A stretch of DNA of 64,000 nt from Ophelia neglecta. Lineage: Eukaryota. The position numbers and the translations under genes were made by a program. This document shows, one piece after another, positions 41,201 to 50,200 of this stretch (the first letter of the stretch is position 1; each line of letters begins with the position of its first letter). Location of the stretch: positions 80,662,001-80,726,000 of the forward strand of contig OZ260664.1 of assembly GCA_965285935.1 (NCBI GenBank). Direction: 5' to 3'. The notes under the pieces are model-generated. The model had not been told where the DNA came from. It saw nothing but the letters and a program-made list of their open reading frames with translations, and ran no database searches.

Positions 41201-44200
41201 CTTTTTTTTACAATTTCAGTACCGGCCGTAATTCAGTTTAAATGGCTGAAAAAAGTAGAAATTTTATGCCCACTGCAAAGGTTAGAAAAGTGTTTCACAT
41301 AAGCCATCCCTGAAAGTGGTTACCGAATCTGGTGGGTGGTCACTGAGTATGGTTAGCCGCCGGTGGTAACTGAGTCCTGTGGGTGGACACTAAGTATGGT
41401 CAGCCACCAGTGGTTACTGAGTCCTGTGGGTGGTCACTGAGTGTGGTCAGTCTCCGGTAGTCACTGAGTCCTGTGGGGGGTCACTGAGTATGGTAAGACA
41501 TCATTGGTTACTGAGTCCTGTGGGTGGTCACTGAGTATGGTCCATGGTCACTGAGTGGGGCTCATGATATGGTCGGCCATTGGTGGTGTCTGAGTATGGA
41601 TGGGTAAGGTTGGTGGCAAAGGTTCTAACATCAGTCTGCATGGTCTGTGCTAAAGGCTTCAGCAGCATGGGTTGAAATAAACCTATATCAGTCTGTGAAA
41701 TGCTCAAGGGGTGTCATTATCAAATAATAGTCCCACTGAGAAATGAGGGGTCTAAATTTCAGTTTGTTTGGGAAAATATAGATTCTGGCAGACGCACAAA
41801 AAACTGTGTAATAGATGTTGTTTCTCTGGCTATCTGTCAATGACATGGCCACTGAAGCAGGAGAATTTGGAGGGAAGGATGCCCTGCAGTGTTATAATAT
41901 AGATGTTTAAATTGTGTCTCTTTGTATTTAATACTCAGGCTTTGTTGTTTGGATAACTACAAGTAGTCTCCTTCACTGGGCTGGAAAGACTAAATAATAA
42001 TTAGAGGGTATCAGTTCTCTGGCAATAGATGAATTGCATGTGAACATGGAATGCTTGACTTTAACTTTTAGGTAGATGACTTTATCAAATAAATTGAATG
42101 CTTGGGTTTAGTTACTGGTCAATTAAGGTAAATATGTCTACCAGTAAATGGCAACTCTGACATGAGGAAGTATTTTGCTGAGGCCAAAATCCTGTCACTG
42201 GTTCCAATGGTCCCTTGACCTGACAATAGTCATTATATTTACATCATATTCAACCTGAAAATGACCAATAGACCTAACTTTATTTAAACATGTATATTTT
42301 ACAGACCAGACAAGAAATAAGGCAGGAAGGCCCAGCAAGAACCACCTGAAACACACCAACCAACCGGATCTAGTCAGCAATGCCATCGACAGCTCCCAGG
42401 CTTCGGAGGAGATCTCCCGTCTGGAGGCCCTGTGTGAGTCTCGCACCAAGGAACTCAACTATATCAAGCTGCAGCTGAAACAGAAGAACACCGGCTTCGA
42501 GGCCATGGCCATCCTGGTCAAATACCTCACGCAGGAGGTGAGCATGGCTGCGTTTACATCTCAGACCCTGTGGCAATAAATATTAACACTTACCTCAAAA
42601 CTGTTAGGTAAACGGTACAAAATATTAGCCCTTTCTGATTTAAAGTCTAAAGGCATATGTTTGAGAAATGTCACAGACAATGTTAGGCTAGAATAGAAGC
42701 AAAATAGGTATTTTTGTTCATGTTTCTAAAGCAAAGTGATAAAAATATGCAGAAAGAGCAGGAATCTATGGTAGACATCTTGCTGTAGATATAGACTGTA
42801 GATAAACCACATGACATGTGGTAAATGGTGGTAGTGTATAGGATTTCTTGGATTACAACATGAGTTTTATCAAATTTAAGGCGATACTAGTTCTAAACCA
42901 ATGAATGTCCCAAATGCTAAGTTTGTACCAGCTTTAGTAAGTTGTTCAGTAAAACGTTCTAACTTTATGGTTGTTATTAAACATCAACTTGTTTGTAATA
43001 TATGTATATCTATACCCCCTGTGTGAGCAGTCAATGAAACAGCCATGAATAATTATCTGTGAGCAGTATCTCCTTTGATCTGCGGCCTTTTTTTTTACAT
43101 ACAAAATGTTGATTTAGAAGAAAACATATTCACTATGCTGGGGTAAAATCAATATTTCTTTGTAGTATAACCCAGTTGAAGTTTCTCAGATGAAAATTAA
43201 ATGTCCTGAAATTTACCTTTGAGTCACCAAACAGATTCAACACCACAACAAGCTTTAATGTAGTAAAGCTGCTAGTTTTTGTCTGCTTTTTTCAAAATAT
43301 GTCATTAGACTGGATTAACGAGTTGAAAATATTGACTTAATGGCGTGTATGAGAAGTGATTTTCTAGATATATAATAAAAACCTTGACTGTTTACCCATG
43401 TTTTCAGCTGGATGCCTTCTCCTGTCCTGTAGTAACAGCCCAGCTTCAAGAAACCAAGGAGCAGCTGGTTAAAGCCAAACAACACTTAGGTATGTAAAGT
43501 ACTACCTCAAAATCAAACCGTTTTCAAAGTCCTTGGCGGTATTTTTTCAATAGTTTTGCTGTTCCTGTGCAACTATTCAAGCATTCTGTCCTTAGCTGCC
43601 CTTATCCTGACTGTAGATGAATGATATCTTGAGTGTGCCATTTTGCAAACGACAGGAAATTGCCTCTAGATTGTGATGAATTTTATACTAAACATCACGA
43701 CTGGTATTTACAAGCATTTTTCTCCCATAGAATCTCATCAAAATCACTTTATACACATAAAGCAAATAGAATTTATGTAAAAGATGTACACCTAGTTGGA
43801 TTACTGTCTGTTGGTGATAGTCAATTAGCAGATTTTACAGCTGGTCTCCACATTGTTATCAAGTGACAAATATTTGTGGTGAAAATTCCAGTATGATGAC
43901 AAAAAAAGTATATGCATTCCATGATAATCTATGGCTGGTGCTTGGACTGCACAGGTATGCCATTTAAAGTGAATGAACTTTACCTCTCATGCAGCATGAC
44001 TGGCAGTGGTCATCACTGACCAGCCCTGAGAACGGATTGTAAACTGACTTTAGTAAAAAAGAAATCATGATACTTTATTCTTATATCTTAATTTAATCAG
44101 TCTATCATTCATAGGACGATGAATTTTGTGTCCAGTTACATTTGGTATTTGGACAACTTTCTGAGTTTTTTTTTTAATCTAGAAGAGTACAATATGTGCA

Positions 44201-47200
44201 CTATTTTGCATATAAATGCAACTAGTTTTGGGCTAGTTAGTATAAGTTAAGTGGTCTCACATCTTCAACCAAACTACTTGTACCGCTAAACATGTTAAGA
44301 ATATTTACAAGGAAATGTTGACACAAATGAATGCCTCTGTGAAGCTAGAAGTTTCTATTGCCAACAAGTACAAGGTTGATAGGTGTTCAAAGTCAATAGA
44401 ACACTCACAGATTGACCTTGTGAGTTCACCACCACATTCCCACTTTAAAACTCTTCAATGGCAATTAGCACGCTTCATTAAGAACCTTCATTTATTTATA
44501 GTCATATGCTGGTATACCTGGTATGCCGTTTGTCCTAAAGTAAAATCAAAATATGTACTTTAATAACGGAAAACAAACTAAACAATATTTATTATTTTTT
44601 AATTATAATGTAGCAATCACTTATTGATCAGAGATCAGGTATGAGTAACTGTGGTGCCTTAATGACTTGGTAAGTTAGAGAAGTTGTATGTAATTTGGGC
44701 CTTGTCCAAGTGCAGGTCCCTGCTAATGTGTTTTGTAATGTGCCAGTGGCACAGAGGTGAACTGAGATGGGCACCTCACATGAAGTGTTTACCGTTCTGC
44801 TGTCAGCCATTGCTCTGCTCTGTATAAAGCTAATCAGAACCATATTACCCAGCCTCTCAGTAAATATACTGGAAATAGATGAAAACTTTATAGAAATGAG
44901 AATGCTGAATTTTAAAGTTCTTCGGCTTAAAATTATATACCTGGTGTTGATTCTGGGCACCAATCAGGTCATCATGTATCATGGCAAAAAAAAATTCTCC
45001 ACTGGGCATTACCAATTAAATTTATTTTTCCACTGCAAAATCTGTCATTTACCGACGATTTATGCAGAACATAACAAAAATTAATTTTATTCTATAAAAG
45101 ACCCTTGTTGTCTGGCCATTGGTTCCATTCCACCTGTCAGAGATGAGAAAATATCATTCTTAGTCTGACAGGTGGAAATCAACAAATGATAGGCTGAAAA
45201 TATCAGCCCTGATTTCTGATTCATACTACACTTTACAATGCAGGAGTTCCCAGTAAGTTCTTTTAAGACTGACTCTGTTTTATTAAATTGGTTCATGATC
45301 TCTGAATTGCATAAAACTGGATGTTGATGATGATTTTTAGATGTGACCATGAGACAGCGAGATGCACTGATAGATGAAATCCAGTGTCTCAAGCAGCAGC
45401 ACCAAGACGAGACGGATAAGTTAGAAAATGACCACAAGGAGGCGCTGTCCTCCCTAGAAGAGCGTCTGAAGAAAGAGAGGGAGGATGCCGTCAATGAAGG
45501 TAGGCAAATGGTATTCATGCAGGGTGACTGGGGAGGCAGAGAGGCATGAGCATAGTTATCTCTCATTGAGTCTTAAAAGCTCATTGCCAAATCAACAAGG
45601 GCGGAATGTTTATGACCAAATCTATCACAATAGATATACTGATGTATTTGAAACATGTCTCACTGAATCATTCTGTGGGAGGTTTAAAGCTCAATCCCTG
45701 GTGAACTAGGGTTAACCAAGCATATGTATAATGTAACTGGAAGTCTGTGTGCAGGTGTGTGTTTGGGGGGGGGGGGGAATTCTGGGAATGTAATAGGTCT
45801 GCTGGTCAGTTCCTTTGGCCACCAAGTAAAGGATGTTACTCACACTATATTCTACTGTGTGTGGATTTGTAGGTAAAATGTTTCCTCAGCAATACATATA
45901 TGGTGCTTGTAGGAGTGATACACACTTAATACATATCTACATTCAAAGAACATGCCTAATAATTTGTAAATTATGCTTTATCCTTTTTCACTGGTACATC
46001 AACTGTTTTTTGACAATTTGAGATCTGTCTTGTTCCAGTTGTTGATAGGCACTCCAAAGAAGTGACCACATTGAAATCTTACCATGAACGAAATGTAAGT
46101 AGCTTGTTAATCTGGATTTGAAAACAGTAATGTACTACTATCACAACTGTTGCAGTAATTGTAAGTAGTTTTTTTTTTTTTTGAGAATTTTCAAGTGCAA
46201 CAACTCATGACCTTACTCAGTTCCCAGAAAATAGAGAAAGCATTAATTTGTTCTATGACTTTACCTAATACAAATTCATCAATCTTTAGTGTTTTTTTTC
46301 ATTTCAGTTGGCTGAAACCAAACTTGAACATGAAAAATTAATGGGTGAAAAGGAAAAAGAGCACCAAGAAGCTTTAACAAAAGCTGATCAAGACTATAAA
46401 CAAAAACTAGCTGGTAGGTATAATACATAATGTCCTGAGAAGTGCTTATAGAGGTTTAAGAAATGTATTCATTTGTCAGTGTGCCTAATCTGGAATAACT
46501 TTCAGTTCTTTCAAGTTAAGTTGTCTTTGAATCTGTTGAAGTACTTGTATTACATGTGTGATATTTTGTTTTATTTTCATGTCAATAAATGTCATCTTGT
46601 ATATGAAGAACGCTGGGAGGTAGTTCTTCAAGACAGGCATAGGTTCATTGACATTAATATGATAATAAGATTAGCATCAGTTACAGTTTGCAATTCATGC
46701 CTGGAACTTAGGCAATAAACCTGCCAGTGATTCCTTAGCAAATCCCCCGTCTGCCAGTGTTTGGTAAAGTACAGGGTCACAGGGATAAGACCACTGCTAA
46801 ACTCCAGAATGTGTTGACATAATCCACTGCCATCTTGACACAAAAAGTTTCTTACACAAAGGATAAATTAGCATATCGTTACAGTATTTCATTCAATGGC
46901 GCCGAAGAGTTTAAATAAAATATATGCAAAAGATTGAAAGATGCAAGCCAAATGTATGTAATCAACAGAATACCAGACCTAGTATTTGTCTGTCTGAGCT
47001 CAGCTATTTGACAAGTCTTTGACAATAAATAGACATGTTTTTGGTATAAGGCTGAAGCACTGTTGATTTTATTGGTTTATGTGTAGTAATTATTTTGGAC
47101 ACTTTGTAGGGATAGAATGTGGGATTATAGTCTAAAATGTACAAGGGTCCCCAAACTACTATATCAGGCCACTTGTAAATTTATGGTTCTCTAAATGTAG

Positions 47201-50200
47201 AATGATATCACTAATATCATATTTTAGTCGTTTATCATTTTGTATGATGACGTTCATACCTAAATTAAACATCCTAATCGAATGTGAACTGCTTCAAAAT
47301 CTTAATCTGGGGATACTATCAGGATGACACTATATATATTAGGTGATAATACAGTTTGCCAGGTAATTGGAAATTGTCAAGTGTGCTTGAGAACATATTT
47401 ATTTCAAGAGGCAGGTAAAAAAATGTCCAATGTATGGCTTACTTCTCCCATCAAATTATGATCACATGTACCAGTATTACACCAAGAGATAAGATATGTA
47501 CATATAAAAATTTAACGTGGACTTTAAATTTAAATTGTACTTTCCTGGGAATAAGTCAGGTTCTTAATTGATTCCCATAATGATATTATATTGTAAGGGA
47601 CCTGCTAAGTGCTTTTCAAAACATTTGATTGGCCATATAAGCACTCTAAACCTGAACGAGTCGGGACCTCGGGTAAATGATCACTGTATAGGGGAATGTC
47701 TCTGTTGACTTTCTATTATATTGACTGTCAGTTCATTGCAGAGCTATCATAGGGCTCTAGCCTGTGCTTGTGGTGAATATTAATTCCTACATTTTCATGG
47801 ATATGAACAGCATGGTTCAAAAGTGAGTGCCCAGTTAGAGCGGCCTCCTGCCGGCTTGGCTGTTCATGTGAGTTGATTGAATGGAGAGGGCTTGTATGTA
47901 GTATAATTGGGCAGATATAACTGTGTACTCAGCCACAGAAGTCCTTTCATGGAAAGGGCCCACACAGTCAACAGGTACCTGCTGGTGGATTTGTGTTCAG
48001 GTCACACCAGCCTTGAGCAGTACATGATCAGGCGTAGGATAGACATCGACTTGATCGTTGTATATTTAGCTTTTAACCACACCAAGTATTTGTGCTCTCA
48101 ATGAAGTTATGGAGCTAAAAGCAGAAGGCCAACTTGCCAATCCATATAAGTCGGATTACCGTGCAAGCTTCGGCAGTACGAGAAGTCCTGCCGTGGGGAT
48201 ATGTCGTTAAACAAACTGTGAGTTTGTGGCTGGATGCTAGCCGGTAGGAGTAGACAGGTGTCGTGTACACCAGTGAACATTTGACGTCAGCCCACAGAAC
48301 TACCTCAATCATTCAGGATAAAACTGTCAGCTTTTGTGTTGTGCTTCTTAAACAATTGTCAAAAATGGCATGCACTAATACCAATGGGACTAGTAAATTC
48401 CTTATCATTTTTCAAGCCATGAGAGGTAAGCTACGTATAGTTGATGATTTTAGGTTTTTATCTTGTTATATATGGTGTTGCGTTGTTCACTTTTCAGGTT
48501 TATTTGTACTCTGTGAGGATGCTATTTGTCTTAATCAGGAGTTAGCCAATGATGAGCCAAGTTTGTGTTTTATCTTGTTCATTTATGCCATTTTCACGCT
48601 TTGGACTTTGACCATTTTCACTATTCACCCATAACCAACCTCCCTTTCTCAGTTTTATTTATTCAAATTGTGCACTGCAAATATATATTTACATGTTCAT
48701 TGTACAATTGTCATAGCTTGTAGGGGTATGATTGGGATAAAAAAAATCACTAACGTAATGATTAATGGAAAGTGAACATTAAATAGTAGTATTGTAATTT
48801 TTCTGTAATTTGTAGTTACATGTAAGTTGTAAAAAAACAGAGATAATTATTCTCTCGTATTAGTTACACTCACTAGAAAAAGGTGTAGCTAGAATTTAAC
48901 TAGTGTGTAATAAACACTCGTGATTTCAGTAAATTTCAGGCTAACTAAGCTGTTAATAAGCTAGTAATTAAGCTATTAATTAGAATACAATCAAATTTGA
49001 GTCTTATAAGTGATCACAAATCAGGCTTTATAATTATTATGACATAATGCTTGCACTTAGAATTCCATGCAATTTTACTGAGTGTTGAATATTCTCAATT
49101 TTTGTCATTCTCTGTAATAATTAACGAAGGTTTCTGTAAATGAATTGTAACATCAAAATAATACATATTATTCTTGAAGGCTATTAGCCTTACAATTAAG
49201 GTTTTTATTTATAATATGCTGACTTACATTTGGCAAAGAAGCTCGAAATGCCGTCAAGTTTTGTGGGGTTGGGTGCGACATTTGTACCGTCATAGAAATA
49301 GAAAAGAAATATTGACACAAGTCAAATTTGAATTTGAAGCCTAAAGATAACATAGAATAGTTCAAACATGCTAGCCCTTTTACAAAGCTGATTTTAAGGC
49401 TTAAACAAATATTTTAGAAACCCTAGACACAAACAAAATTGAAATACACAAATTATATTGTAAAGGTATTTGATAGATTGCCAAAAATGTCGCAAATATC
49501 TGCTTTTTAATGTCTTGAGAGACGTGTACATGTAGAGTTATTTAGTGGTAAACCATTTTCTATTGCCTCTACCCCGTTGTGTTTACTATTACTGAAAAGT
49601 TAACAAGATTTGAGTATCAAGTCCTTTGGTAACTGATCATTTTGGCTGTGGCTTATCATGTTGGTTTATGTGTTTAACACTTGTTGGTGGTGGTAGAGGA
49701 AACTTACTCTTGTAAGGCTTATTTATTTCTTTGCTATGAATTAACACCTCATGTTGGTCAGGGGGCATGGCAAACTTTGTTTTTTATTATCATTCTGTGC
49801 AAATATGTTTTTAATATATCTGTCCTATTGAAAATTGAAGTATTATTTGTAAATATGCTATCTTCACACTGTATCTGTGTCGTACTTTGTTCAAGTCTTC
49901 AGACTGTGAAAATATCCTTTAATATTTCAATCTAAAAGAATGAATATACTAGTGATCTGATCAAAGATCACAGATATTTGGAGTAAAAGAAAGCAACATG
50001 TTACCCCTATGTGTGACAAAATATATGTACTTAGTGTACTTTCTCTGGAGGTACTTGATAAGTAGATTTGAATGGATTTGTTTGCCAATCAGCTGTCATT
50101 AAGTGTTACCAGTGCTTATAAACATCTCATCCATCTTCAGTTTAAGTAAAGGGTTAAACATGTACATTAACTTTTATAAAAACAACATTGATTTATGGCT

